NCBI GenBank assembly: GCA_000092065.1
Contig: CP000591.1
Origin: Ostreococcus lucimarinus
Lineage: Eukaryota
DNA: 64,000 nucleotides
Strand: one strand, 5' to 3'
Below the pieces are notes generated by a model, which did not search any database, was not told where the DNA came from, and saw only the letters and a list, made by a program, of their open reading frames with translations. Shown here one piece after another: positions 10,906-20,840 of this stretch; the first letter of the stretch is position 1, and each line of letters starts with the position of its first letter. Position numbers and translations under genes: made by a program.

Positions 10906-11712
10906 TCAATCGTCGCTCGTTATCGTAGTCACGGGCACCGGAACCGTCTCGCGAAGCGAAACGTTCATCGCGTCATCGAGCCCATCCGCCGCCGACGCGT
11001 GCGCGGCGGCGTATTGTCGTTTCCGCGCGTCTAGCGCGTCGCACGCGCGCCAGACGACGTCGTCGCCCACGAATCTCGCTCCCGCGATCGCGAGCGCCAC
11101 GAACGCGACGCAGACGCAAATCATCCCCAGTGACTGTCTCGGAATCTCCCCAAACTTCCCCGCCGCGAAGAGCGGCTGCACCTCGACGTCGTACGTCACG
11201 TACTCTGGCGCCGTCGCGCCCGCCCAATACACCCCCTCCCGCTCCGCTCGCACCACGACGCGCGCGCGCGTCATCCCCTCCCCGAGCGTCCGTCTGCTCA
11301 ACACTAACTTTTCCACGTTCAGCAGCCTCCTCCGTAGCTCCGTGCGTCCATCCGACGTCGTCCCGCCGACCCAACCGCCGCCGCCGCCGAACCACCCGCC
11401 GCCGCCGAGCCATCCCGAGTCCAACTCCACCGCGATCGCCGCCGCGCTCGTCGCTCGGTACGACACCTTCACCTCGTACGCCGTGTTTGCTTTCAGATCT
11501 CGCACGTCGTACGCGTGCGCGCGTCCGAACGCCAGCTCGACGTCCCGCGCGCGCGTCCCCGGCGTGAGCGTCGTCGGTCGTCGCGCCGTCGCGCGCGCCT
11601 CGGCGCGCGTCACCGCGCGCGCGACGACCGCCGCGAGCAGCGCGAGCAGGCGCGTCGCGCGCGCGCGACGCCGCGCGCGACGCCGCGCCGTCGGCGTCGG
11701 CGGCGTCGACAT
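10906..11712 (-). CDS. Hypothetical secreted/membrane protein with a Gly/Trp-rich repeat
   Basis: The ORF-track ORF 10906..11958 was trimmed to the ATG at 11712 (MSTPPTPT). It has a signal-peptide-like LLALLAAVVARAV, a GWLGGGGWFGGGGGWVGG tract and a C-terminal TM segment (MICVCVAFVALAIAGA). No family was recognised. Confidence 0.35.
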   Translation of the reverse strand: MSTPPTPTARRRARRRARATRLLALLAAVVARAVTRAEARATARRPTTLTPGTRARDVELAFGRAHAYDVRDLKANTAYEVKVSYRATSAAAIAVELDSGWLGGGGWFGGGGGWVGGTTSDGRTELRRRLLNVEKLVLSRRTLGEGMTRARVVVRAEREGVYWAGATAPEYVTYDVEVQPLFAAGKFGEIPRQSLGMICVCVAFVALAIAGARFVGDDVVWRACDALDARKRQYAAAHASAADGLDDAMNVSLRETVPVPVTTITSDD

Positions 11713-11916
11713 CGCCGCGACGCGCTCGACAGTGACGCAGACGCAGACGCAGACCGACGCGACGCGACGCGACGCCGGACGCGACGCGACGTCGGACGCG
11801 CGCGACGCTTCGCGCGTCGCATGCTCGCGCGCGCGCGCGTCGCGGCGTCGTCGAGCGCGAGCGCGCGTCGTCGCGGTGCGTCGACGAAGGCGGAGCGACG
11901 ACGCGACGCGTGCGTC

Positions 11917-13389
11917 ATGCGCGCCGAAAGCGCGCGCGCGACGTTCGAACGTGGACAAGACACCCTGCGCGTGTCGTATGAATTACATCGCGAGAACCGC
12001 GCGCGCGCGGTGGAGGCGATGCGGGCGCGCGGCGACGGCGACGGCGTCGTCGCGATGACGGGCGGCCGGCAGACGCGACGATACTCGACGGATAACGAAC
12101 CGTTGTTTCGACAGGAGTCGTACTTTCACTGGATGTTCGGAGTGCTGGAGGGCGATTGTCACGGCGCGTTGGACGCGAGGACGGGGAAGTCGACGCTGTT
12201 CGTGCCGAGACTACCACAGGAGTACGCGATTTGGATGGGCGCCATCGAGACGCGCGAATCGTTCGCGGAACGGTATCTCGTGGACGAGGTGATGTACGCG
12301 GACGAGTTCGAGGGGTACTTGAAGGCGTTAGACACCAAGATATACGTGTTAAAAGGGGTGAACTCGGACAGTGGGGACGTGACGGACGGTTTGGGGGCGG
12401 AATTGGAAGCCGCGCTGGGGGCGACGAAGATCGACGCCACAGACGCTTTGTTCAACGTCATCACCGAGCTTCGCACGGTGAAGACGGCGCGCGAGCAAGA
12501 GGTTTTGAAATACGCGAGCAAGATTAGTTCCATGGCGCACGTGGAGGTGATTCGCTCGTTAAAGCCGGGAATGATGGAGTATCAACTCGAATCGTTGTTC
12601 AAGCACACGTGTTACAGTCGAGGCGGGATGCGGAACGAATCGTACACGTCGATTTGCGCCGCGGGTAAAAACGGGGCAACGTTGCATTACGGTCACGCTG
12701 GCGCCCCGAACTCGGCGCAAATCAAAGAAGGCGATTTAGTGTTGATGGACATGGGCGCGGAGTACCACTGCTACGCCGCCGACATCACGACGACGGTTCC
12801 GGCTGGTGGAAAGTTCACCCCGGACGCGAAGATCATCTACGAGGGCGTTTTGGCCGCGCATCAAGCGGTGTTGAAAGCGTTGAAGCCTGGATGCGCGTGG
12901 CTCGACTTGCAGCGTCTCGCGGAAACGCATATTCTGCGCGCGTTGGTCGATGGCGGCTTTCTCGTCGGCGACATCGACGAGATGATGGCGAAACGAGTGA
13001 GCGCCACGTTCATGCCGCACGGTCTCGGCCATCACCTCGGCGTGGACACGCACGATGTTGGTGGTTACGGGCTCCCGGGAACACCCGCGCGGAGCACCGA
13101 GCCTGGATTGAAGAATTGCAGAACAGCATCCTTGATGAAGGAAGGCAACGTCATGACGATCGAGCCGGGATGCTATTTCATCGACGTTTTGCTCGACAGG
13201 GCTCTCGCCGACGGATCCGACATCAAGCAATATTTTGTTGCCGATCGCGTGAACGCGTGTCGATCGATGGGTGGCGTACGATTAGAAGATAACGTCGTCG
13301 TCACCGCCGACGGTTGCCAGTCTTGGACGAGCGTTCCTCGCACCGTCGCCGAAGTCGAAGCCGTCATGGCTGGCGCGTCTTGGCCGTGA
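11917..13389 (+). CDS. PEPD: Xaa-Pro dipeptidase (prolidase, peptidase M24B)
   Basis: The ORF aligns along its whole length with prolidases (RQESYFHWMFGV, HYGHAGAPN, DMGAEYHCYAADITTT, HGLGHHLGVDTHDVGGY, GGVRLEDNVVVT). The start was set to the ATG at 11917 (MRAESARATFERGQDTLRV), giving 490 aa. The upstream part of the ORF-track ORF is R-rich and overlaps the opposite-strand gene. Confidence 0.85.
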   Translation: MRAESARATFERGQDTLRVSYELHRENRARAVEAMRARGDGDGVVAMTGGRQTRRYSTDNEPLFRQESYFHWMFGVLEGDCHGALDARTGKSTLFVPRLPQEYAIWMGAIETRESFAERYLVDEVMYADEFEGYLKALDTKIYVLKGVNSDSGDVTDGLGAELEAALGATKIDATDALFNVITELRTVKTAREQEVLKYASKISSMAHVEVIRSLKPGMMEYQLESLFKHTCYSRGGMRNESYTSICAAGKNGATLHYGHAGAPNSAQIKEGDLVLMDMGAEYHCYAADITTTVPAGGKFTPDAKIIYEGVLAAHQAVLKALKPGCAWLDLQRLAETHILRALVDGGFLVGDIDEMMAKRVSATFMPHGLGHHLGVDTHDVGGYGLPGTPARSTEPGLKNCRTASLMKEGNVMTIEPGCYFIDVLLDRALADGSDIKQYFVADRVNACRSMGGVRLEDNVVVTADGCQSWTSVPRTVAEVEAVMAGASWP

Positions 13390-13715
13390 GCTCATCTCTC
13401 GCGCGCATCGTCGCCATCAAATCACAAAAATTTCTACTAGTTTTACACGTCATCGTTATTGCTAATCACCATCGTACACAGTTCACTTTGTCTCCTTTGT
13501 CTCCTTTGTCTCCTTCGTCGACGTCGGCGCCAATCGATCCTCTCGAAAGTTCGGCGCCGGCGTCGTCCTCGGCAGATGTCTGTAATCGTACAGCAAACTA
13601 TCCGCCACGTGTTCCTCCTCCTCATCGTTCTTCCGTTCGCTGTACGTGCGCCACCACGTCTTCAAACTCTCGTCGTACCGCGCCGCTTTCGTCGCCGTCT
13701 CAACCACCGTCGTCT

Positions 13716-13756
<41 letters not shown>

Positions 13757-13757
13757 C
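13716..13757. repeat. (GTC)n trinucleotide microsatellite, about 14 units
   Basis: A perfect run cgtcgtcgtc... lies in the intergenic/5' region between the prolidase and the methyltransferase. It reads as poly-Thr on the minus strand. Confidence 0.8.
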
Positions 13758-13894
13758 CGTAGATGGCCTCCAACACGTGCGCCGGCACCGCGGTTCCGCC
13801 TCGCGCCGTCGCGGGCGCGCGCGTCTCGGCGTCGCGCGCCGACATCGTCGCGAAGTGTCGCGGCGTCCCCGCCGGGACACCGCGCCGCGACGCC

Positions 13895-15022
13895 ATGACG
13901 CGCGCGCAGGCGTCGATCGGCGTCGATCGCGCCGTCGCGCGCGCGCGCGCGACGACGCGAACGCCGCGGTGCGCGCGCGCGGCGTTCGCGTCGCGCTCGG
14001 ACGACGCGCCGTGCGTCGTCGACGACGAAGACGCCGAGGCGAAGCGAATAAAACAGCGCGCGCACCGAAAACGGAACCGCGCGCGGTGCAGGACCCGCGC
14101 GAACGAGCGCGTGGACGCGTTGCTCGAGAAGTTTCGCGCGCTGCGACCGCTCGAACGCGCGAACGACGATGGATCGTGGGAGACGGTGTACGCGGAGGAG
14201 GAGGAAGACCGGGACGACGGCGTCGACTGGGACGGGCTGCCGCCGGGCGCGGACCCGTTCGGGACGAATAAGAAGGGTGGACGAGAGCGAGGGATGCGGA
14301 AGCGGAATCAAGTGATGACGTTCGTGAAACACTTGCGAGCGCTACTTTCGCTGCGAGGGCGAAGGGAGATAAAGAGGTGCGTCGATTTTGGATGCGGTAC
14401 GGGGAACGTTTTGATGACGTGCGCGGCGACGTTTCCGGAAATCGACTTCGTCGGCGTCGATTTGAACGCGACGAGCATTGAGATTTTAAACTCGAGGATT
14501 CGGAAATCGGGGTTGACAAACGTCAGCGCGGTGGTCGGATTGATCGAAGACGGCGATACGTTCGGGGCGGACTGCGCGTTGGCGCTGCACGTGTGCGGGA
14601 GCGCAACGGATCGAGTGTTAAACAGCGCGGTGCGAGCGAGAATCCCGTTCGTCATCGCGCCTTGTTGCGTGGGCAAAGTTCAAGAGGGTGGGATGCGAAG
14701 CTTGAATCGCATGCGTAACGATTTGATTTCGCTCGATAAAATAGAAGACATCGAGCGGCCGAGGTCGAGGCTGATGCGAGCCGCGGGTTTCGATTTCGAA
14801 GCGTACATGTCTGCCGCGACTTTGGCCGATTGGAGCGGGCACCAGGGCGTGGATCCGAGCGATCCGAACGAGCCTCTCGCCGCGCTTCCGAGACGCGCGA
14901 AGAGCGCCATCGAGGCGGATCGTGGGGAGTTTGCACGAGAGCACGCTTACGACGTGACGTTGCACAAGATGCCCGCGCAAAGCGGCATTCGCGATGACGT
15001 CTTGGTCGGGATCCCACTTTGA
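13895..15022 (+). CDS. Class I SAM-dependent methyltransferase (Rossmann fold), function unknown
   Basis: There is a SAM-binding motif I (VDFGCGTGNVL) with a downstream acidic motif (VDLNATSI...GLIEDGD). The ATG at 13895 (MTRAQ) was chosen inside the ORF-track ORF 13763..15022. Confidence 0.55.
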   Translation: MTRAQASIGVDRAVARARATTRTPRCARAAFASRSDDAPCVVDDEDAEAKRIKQRAHRKRNRARCRTRANERVDALLEKFRALRPLERANDDGSWETVYAEEEEDRDDGVDWDGLPPGADPFGTNKKGGRERGMRKRNQVMTFVKHLRALLSLRGRREIKRCVDFGCGTGNVLMTCAATFPEIDFVGVDLNATSIEILNSRIRKSGLTNVSAVVGLIEDGDTFGADCALALHVCGSATDRVLNSAVRARIPFVIAPCCVGKVQEGGMRSLNRMRNDLISLDKIEDIERPRSRLMRAAGFDFEAYMSAATLADWSGHQGVDPSDPNEPLAALPRRAKSAIEADRGEFAREHAYDVTLHKMPAQSGIRDDVLVGIPL

Positions 15023-15181
15023 GCGCTCGCGTGTATTCTTTGTCTAATTGTTTGTCTATTGTTTCTATAGCTAGTCTACGTTGTCATGATTCTTGGTCGG
15101 GATCCCACTTTGAGCGCTCGCGTGTATTCTTTGTCTAATTGTTTGTCTATTGTTTCTATAGCTAGTCTACGTTGTCATGAT
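15000..15181. repeat. Perfect tandem duplication of 2 x 91 bp spanning the two convergent 3' ends
   Basis: Unit 15000..15090 is identical to 15091..15181. The unit runs from the last 7 codons plus stop of the methyltransferase (15020..15022) to the stop codon of the minus-strand pseudouridine synthase (15175..15177). It is AT-richer than its surroundings. Confidence 0.9.
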
Positions 15182-16079
15182 GACTCATCAGTCATCGCCT
15201 CGAGCGTCGACCGCAGCAGCGGTTGATCGTCAAACCAGGCGCCCGAATCTTTCGCCAACGCGCTCGGAAAGTGCCGCTCGAACGCCTCGAGATCCCACGC
15301 CTCGCCCTCATCTGGGCTACATATTATCTGAATCGCCGGTCCCAGGCCTAAAGATTCGGGAATGCGTATCGCGCACGCGTGCAAGTAGCATCGTTCCGCG
15401 ACGGCCCCCGAATACACGTCGTCGCCCAACAGCGGCGCGCCGAGCGATTTCGCGCACACTCGCAACTGATGCGTCTTCCCAGTCAGCGGTCGAAATATGA
15501 ACATTCGTCGCCCTTTCGCTCCGAAGCTCACGAATTTCGTCACCGCCGGATTATCTTTCGTGTTCGTCAGTTTGTACGCCTTTCGCCGCGCTCGCGCCAT
15601 GTCCCCCGTCACCGTCCCCATCTTCTTCTTCGGCTTTTTCCCCGAAATCCCGACGTAATACTTGACGATCGCCCGCGTCGCGAACCCATCGCTCAGTTTC
15701 TTCGCCGCGTCCGCCGTCTTCGCGAACACTAGCGTCCCGCTCGTGCCCTTGTCCAACCTGTGCACGGCGCGAAGGCGCTCTTCGCGCGCGTCGCGACTCG
15801 CGCGCAGCCGCGCCAGCGCCCCAGGTTCGAATTCGCTGTGAAACGACACCCCCGGCGGTTTATTCACGATCACCACCGCGTCGTTTTCGTACAGCACGCG
15901 CGGCGTCTTCGCGTTTTCGCGCGTTGTCCCGCTCGAGGTCGTTACCTCGTCGTCGTCGTCGTCGTCGTCGCGCGCGAGCGCGCGCGCGCGCCGCGGCGCG
16001 CCGACCGCGCGCGACGGTCCAACGAACCCTCGACGATGGACCCGCGCGGCGCGCGCGGCGCGGCGCGGCCCCGCGACGG

Positions 16080-16118
<39 letters not shown>

Positions 16119-16119
16119 T
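15175..16119 (-). CDS. RluA-family RNA pseudouridine synthase with poly-Thr/poly-Asp N-terminal tracts
   Basis: The catalytic core is present (VIVNKPPGVSFHSE, HRLDKGTSGTLVFAKT, YYVGISGKKP). The ORF-track start at 16230 is TTG, so the first ATG at 16119 (MATTTTTTTTT) was used. (GTC)n microsatellites inside the CDS encode the T9 and D7 runs. Confidence 0.7.
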
Positions 16120-16189
16120 CGCAACGCGCGCGTCTGACGCCAGTTCGCGCCGCGTCGTCGAGTCGTCTCGACGCGCGGCGCGCGCGCCG

Positions 16190-17977
16190 ATGGCGTCGCA
16201 AACGGGCGCGATCAAGCGACTCGCGAGCAAGGCGTTTCGAGGCGTGAACGTGGACGGATTCGCGTTCCAATCGCCCGACGTGCGATGCTACGTGCTGACG
16301 CACTTTCACGCGGATCATTACTGCGGCCTGAGCGGCTCGTTCGGTAAGGACGGCGATGAGGCGAAGATATACTGCTCTGAAATAACCGCGCGATTGGTGG
16401 TGGAATTCCTGGGCGTGAAGCGCGAGCGCGTGGTCGGGTGCGAGCTGGGACGGGGGACGACGCTGCGAGGCGCCGGGACGCGCGGGGACGACGTGGAGGC
16501 GACGTTCGTGGACGCGAATCATTGCCCGGGCGCGTGTTTGGTGTTTTTTAGAAATAAAATAACGGGGGAGACGCTGTTGCATACCGGAGATTTTCGAGCG
16601 GCGGCGCGCGTGCGGAACGATGGGACGCTGAGAGAGTTGTTGACGACGTGTCGGGACGGATCGGTGGATGAGGTGATGCTGGATACGACGTATTGCGAAA
16701 AGAAGTGGACGTTTCCCGATCAAGACGTGGTGCTGAATAAGATGAGACAGATCGCGCGGGATGAACTCGCGCGAGAACCGCGGACGCTGTTCTTGTGTGG
16801 GTCGTATTCGATCGGGAAGGAGCGGGCGATTCAAGCCGTGTGTCAGGGGGCGCAGAGTCGAGCGAGCGTCACGGCGAGACGAAAGAAATCGCTCGAATTG
16901 AGCGGGTGGTGGCGCGATGATGCGTTTGTGTGCGAAGACGATGACGCCGAAGAAGCCGCACGATGCCAAGTGCGCGTGTGTGGCCTCGGAAAAGGCTCAA
17001 ATCATCGCGCGATGATGGAAATTATGGCAAAGGAGGCACCGCGATGGCGCGCCGCCGTCGCGTTTTCGCCCACCGGCTGGAGTTATACGAAGAAAATGGA
17101 CGAAGACGGGTTTAACGTGAACCCCTGGATAGAAAACGAAGGACGCACGCGCACGTATGCGATTCCGTACAGCGAGCATTCGAGCTACACCGAGTTGCGG
17201 GAATTTATAAAATTCTTAAAGCCGAAGAAAATCACCCCGACGGTGAACGCGATCACGCCCAAGGATAGAGAAAAGTTGGTGAACAAACACTTTTTGGACT
17301 TGGTGGATTTGAAGCAGGACGTCAATAGGTTGGACTATTACTTCAAAAACAGCGCGTCGTCGATGTTGCGGGCGAAGAAGCAGAAAAAGACGGAGAATGT
17401 CGTCGTAATCATTGATAGCGAAGACGAACGAGACGACGACGTTAAAGTGGAGGCGGAAATCATCTCTGCTCTCGACGGGGACGTCGAAACCGTTCGAAGA
17501 CAGCGCGAGATGTGGAATCAAATAGGTCGCGTGGAGACAAAAAAGCCGCCGAAACCGCTGGAACCTTTCCCTCTCGAGTGCATCGCCGTCGTGCGAAACG
17601 GCGAGTACGACCAGTTTCGTTCTCGAGCGCACGTCGAACAACGACTCAAAGAGCTCGGCGCGACGATCATGTCCCGCGTGACGCCCAACGTCACGCACAT
17701 AATCGTTCCGAACCGAGGTGAGCTCGCGAACGAGGCCAATCGCCTGAGCGCGCTTCGCGAAATGGACGAGTACAAGAACCATCCCACTGCGCTTCGCGTC
17801 ACCGAGGCTTGGTTGATGCGCCACGTGCGCGCGCGCGCCAATGACGTCGCCCCCTCACACAGCGAGGCCGCCGTCGCCGCGTTCGAGGCGAAGAAGCGCG
17901 AAGAAAAACTCGCTCGCCTCGCCGACGCCAAGCGAAAGCGCGACGAGAAGAAGACATTAGCATTAGAAACGCGTTAG
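16190..17977 (+). CDS. SNM1/PSO2-family DNA cross-link repair nuclease (metallo-beta-lactamase + DRMBL) with a C-terminal BRCT-like domain
   Basis: It has an HxHxDH motif (THFHADHYCGL), DANHCPGA and a DRMBL region. The C-terminus (IAVVRNGEYDQF...THIIVPNRGE...WLMRHV) looks BRCT-like. The ATG at 16190 was verified. Confidence 0.7.
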   Translation: MASQTGAIKRLASKAFRGVNVDGFAFQSPDVRCYVLTHFHADHYCGLSGSFGKDGDEAKIYCSEITARLVVEFLGVKRERVVGCELGRGTTLRGAGTRGDDVEATFVDANHCPGACLVFFRNKITGETLLHTGDFRAAARVRNDGTLRELLTTCRDGSVDEVMLDTTYCEKKWTFPDQDVVLNKMRQIARDELAREPRTLFLCGSYSIGKERAIQAVCQGAQSRASVTARRKKSLELSGWWRDDAFVCEDDDAEEAARCQVRVCGLGKGSNHRAMMEIMAKEAPRWRAAVAFSPTGWSYTKKMDEDGFNVNPWIENEGRTRTYAIPYSEHSSYTELREFIKFLKPKKITPTVNAITPKDREKLVNKHFLDLVDLKQDVNRLDYYFKNSASSMLRAKKQKKTENVVVIIDSEDERDDDVKVEAEIISALDGDVETVRRQREMWNQIGRVETKKPPKPLEPFPLECIAVVRNGEYDQFRSRAHVEQRLKELGATIMSRVTPNVTHIIVPNRGELANEANRLSALREMDEYKNHPTALRVTEAWLMRHVRARANDVAPSHSEAAVAAFEAKKREEKLARLADAKRKRDEKKTLALETR

Positions 17978-18058
17978 GACTGTTAAAACGTAGAGACATT
18001 CAACATTCGCTCGCTTGATTCATTTCCTTTTCCTTCACACCGCGGCGCGTCGCCCGAG

Positions 18059-19102
18059 ATGTCCGACGCCGAGCGCGCGGACGACGTGTCGAGCGATGCG
18101 TCGAGCGAGCTCGCGCGCCTTCGCGACGTTGCCGCGCGCGATGATTGGCTCGTCGAGGTCCCATCGTCGAGCTGTGCGTTGGAACGCTCGCTCGGCTGCG
18201 GATCGTCCGGTGAAGCGTTTCTGGCGTCCTGGCGCGGCGCGCGCGTGGTGGTGAAGACCATGAAACTATTACACGACGATGACGCCGCGAGAAGGGCGCT
18301 GGCGCGAAGAGCGTTCGTGAGAGAGTGCGAAATCATGGCGAGGCTGAGACACCCAAACGTGTTGGCGTTTTACGGGGCGAACGCGAACGGGAGAGACGCG
18401 AGCGTGGTGTGCGAGTACGCCCCGGGCGGGACGCTGAAGCAGTGGTTGCACGAAAATAAAGGGAAGAAACGGTCGCTAAGCGCGCGGTTGGGGATGGCGT
18501 TGGATATCGCGAGAGCGTTCGCGTATTTGGAGTCGCGAACGCCTCGCGTGATGCATCGAGATTTGAAACCGAGCAACGTGTTCGTGAGCGTCGATGGACG
18601 AGCGCTCGTGGCGGATTTCGGGTTGGCACGATTTGTTGCGCCAAGAGGAGAAGATCTCACAGGAGAGACCGGGACGTACATATACATGGCGCCGGAGGTG
18701 ATTAAGAGTCAACATTACGACGAACGCGCTGACGTGTTCTCGTATGGGATTTTACTTTACGAGCTGGTCACGGGAATAGAACCGTACCAACCGCATCATT
18801 TCACGGGGATTCAAATCGCAACGGCCGTCGCAGATCGCGCGTTTCGGCCGAAGATTCCGGATTCCACGCACGCCGGATTAACAGCCATCATTGAGATGTG
18901 TTGGCAACAAGACGCAAGCAATCGGCCGTCATTCGAACGTGTTCGTGAATCGATGGAAACCATGGTTCCGGACATTCTCAAAGAGGAAGAGACAAAACTC
19001 GCAGAACAACGTGAGAATCCAAGTTTTCAAGCGAAGACGCTCCAAAATTTATCGAGTACGCTCGCCGATTGGTCGAAAAAGATGTCCGATTTAGCTTCGT
19101 AG
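18059..19102 (+). CDS. Ser/Thr protein kinase (TKL-like)
   Basis: Kinase motifs are present: GxGxxG region, VVKTMK, HRDLKPSNVFV, DFGLARF and YMAPE. The ATG at 18059 was verified. Confidence 0.75.
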   Translation: MSDAERADDVSSDASSELARLRDVAARDDWLVEVPSSSCALERSLGCGSSGEAFLASWRGARVVVKTMKLLHDDDAARRALARRAFVRECEIMARLRHPNVLAFYGANANGRDASVVCEYAPGGTLKQWLHENKGKKRSLSARLGMALDIARAFAYLESRTPRVMHRDLKPSNVFVSVDGRALVADFGLARFVAPRGEDLTGETGTYIYMAPEVIKSQHYDERADVFSYGILLYELVTGIEPYQPHHFTGIQIATAVADRAFRPKIPDSTHAGLTAIIEMCWQQDASNRPSFERVRESMETMVPDILKEEETKLAEQRENPSFQAKTLQNLSSTLADWSKKMSDLAS

Positions 19103-19167
19103 CGCGATTAACAAAGTTTGGTTTCCACACAAAACCACTTCCCTGCGCGCGTCAAACAGCGACGGAC

Positions 19168-20148
19168 ATGCGTCGTCGACACAAACGTATAATATCCCAT
19201 GTGATTGCGACACTCATGCTTAATTGTAGGGGAACGGTGCTCGCCGCGGACGTTCGACCTCGAGACGAAACCGACGCCATCGTCGGTGCGCGAGGCGCAA
19301 TGTCGAGCCGCATCATAGGTGGAGTCATACCTGACTCTCCGTTATCAAAATACGCGCATGTTGTGGCTATTTTTGTTCAATCTGGGATGAGCGAGTACTT
19401 TCGTTGCGGTGGAACGCTCATCTCCAACGTGCACGTCATGTCTGCCGCGCACTGTTTCTTTGACCGCGCCGGCGTGTCGAACGTTGGAGCGTATTCATCG
19501 GTGGTCGTCAGATTCGGCGCACACGCCGACGTGAATGCGGGTGCGATGACGGCGAGCGTTGTCCGCATAGATGGACATCCTGAGTTCAGTGATATTACCT
19601 GGGACAACGACGTTTCAGTCCTCACGCTTTCGTCTCCCGTCGACGTCGCATCGTACCCGCCCGTTGTACTAGCTTGGAATCCGGCCGACATCAACGTCGG
19701 CCAGATCGCACACGTCGTCGGTTGGGGCACTCGAGACGATAACATGTTAAGCAAAGTGATGATGGAAGGTACGGTGCCCATTGTGTCACACGCGCAGTGC
19801 ACCGCCGCCGGCAGTTACGCCCCGAGTGAAATTCTGCCTTCGATGGTCTGCGCCGGTTACGCCCAAGGCGGCGTCGACGCGTGCCAGGGAGATTCCGGCG
19901 GTCCGTTGATTCAGAATTCAAAGCAAATCGGGATCGTCAGTTGGGGCGAAGGATGCGCGCTCCCACAAAAGTACGGCGTGTACTTCGCCGTGCGCGCCGC
20001 GCAAGGCTTTCTGGCTCTCGCCACGGATTCGTCGGTGTATCAATTTTCGCCTTCCGACGACCAAGCATCGCCGCCGCCATCGCCGACGCCGACGCCGACC
20101 CCGCAATTTCCCATTTTCAGTGGACTCTTCGCCTGGCTCTCGGCGTGA
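19168..20148 (+). CDS. Secreted trypsin-like serine protease (S1 family)
   Basis: It has the IIGG maturation site and the catalytic triad motifs SAAHCF, DNDVSVL and GDSGGPL. A signal-peptide-like N-terminus follows the ATG at 19168. There is a Pro-rich region and a hydrophobic C-terminal tail. Confidence 0.75.
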   Translation: MRRRHKRIISHVIATLMLNCRGTVLAADVRPRDETDAIVGARGAMSSRIIGGVIPDSPLSKYAHVVAIFVQSGMSEYFRCGGTLISNVHVMSAAHCFFDRAGVSNVGAYSSVVVRFGAHADVNAGAMTASVVRIDGHPEFSDITWDNDVSVLTLSSPVDVASYPPVVLAWNPADINVGQIAHVVGWGTRDDNMLSKVMMEGTVPIVSHAQCTAAGSYAPSEILPSMVCAGYAQGGVDACQGDSGGPLIQNSKQIGIVSWGEGCALPQKYGVYFAVRAAQGFLALATDSSVYQFSPSDDQASPPPSPTPTPTPQFPIFSGLFAWLSA

Positions 20149-20444
20149 ATAACTAAACTAGAGAAATAATTTTGTCGTCGCGTCGCCACCGCTGGGCGGC
20201 GCACCGCGCCACCGCTGGGCGCTGGTCCGCCCGCGCGTCACCGCACACCCCGACGCTCGCGTCGACCGCCCGTCCACGGATCGCCGGTCGGTACATGCGC
20301 GTCGCCCGCGCCGTCGCTCGCATCAGCGTCGTCGTACGCCCCCCCGCGCGACAAACAGCGCGACGACACGCGGTGCCCGCGACTCGTCCACGCGCGACGA
20401 ATTTCTTCTTCAACGCCTCGCGAGGCGTCGCCGCGAGCGCCGCG

Positions 20445-20802
20445 ATGGGGAACGACGACGTCACGGTGACGTTTAGTCACAACTGAGGTGCGTCGGCGCG
20501 TCACGACGGACGAAGGCTCGAGACGAGGGGAAAGATGGGCGACGCGTGGGTTTTGAGACTGACTGAACGACGCTCGACGCGCAGACGGAGGGATGCAAGA
20601 ATTCGAAGCCGCGAAGTCGGCGATTCTTAAGGTGAAACCCAGCGCGAATGTGATCGCGAATCGCGTGGACGCGTATCCGATCACCGTCAGGGTAAGCGTG
20701 GGCGAACGCGAAGTGTGGAGCGGGAGACAACAGCTGTTGTTCCGGAAAAATGGAAGACCGGCGATGAAGGATATCGAGGAAGCGATGCGAAAGCTCGGTT
20801 GA
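20445..20802 (+). CDS. SELW: Selenoprotein W-like (Rdx family) protein with in-frame UGA (Sec); two exons join(20445..20487,20585..20802)
   Basis: Exon 1 reads ATG...MGNDDVTVTFSHN-TGA-G and runs into a GTGCGT donor. The 97-nt intron 20488..20584 has the GACTGACTGAAC branch motif and a CGCGCAG acceptor. Exon 2 is the ORF-track ORF 20593..20802. The assembled 86-aa protein MGNDDVTVTFSHNUDGGMQEFEAAKSAILKVKP...VRVSVGEREVWSGRQQLLFRKNGRPAMKDIEEAMRKLG aligns with SelW (VxVxYCGGUGYG...FEVEV.GELVHSKK.G.G). A SECIS-like element lies about 55 nt past the stop. Confidence 0.55.
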
Positions 20803-20840
20803 TGCCGGGATGAGATTCCGCGAGATAGGTGTGAAGGCGG

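Noticed and set aside
13483-13896. 137-aa minus-strand ORF with a T13 run and a KETKETKETK tail
   Set aside because: The poly-Thr is simply the antisense of the (GTC)n microsatellite. Its only ATG-proximal start overlaps the methyltransferase ATG on the other strand. There is no recognisable family. It could be a small real gene, but the evidence is insufficient.
20593-20802. Stand-alone 69-aa ORF
   Set aside because: I reinterpreted it as exon 2 of the SelW-like gene. On its own it lacks the N-terminal beta-strand and redox motif of the Rdx fold.
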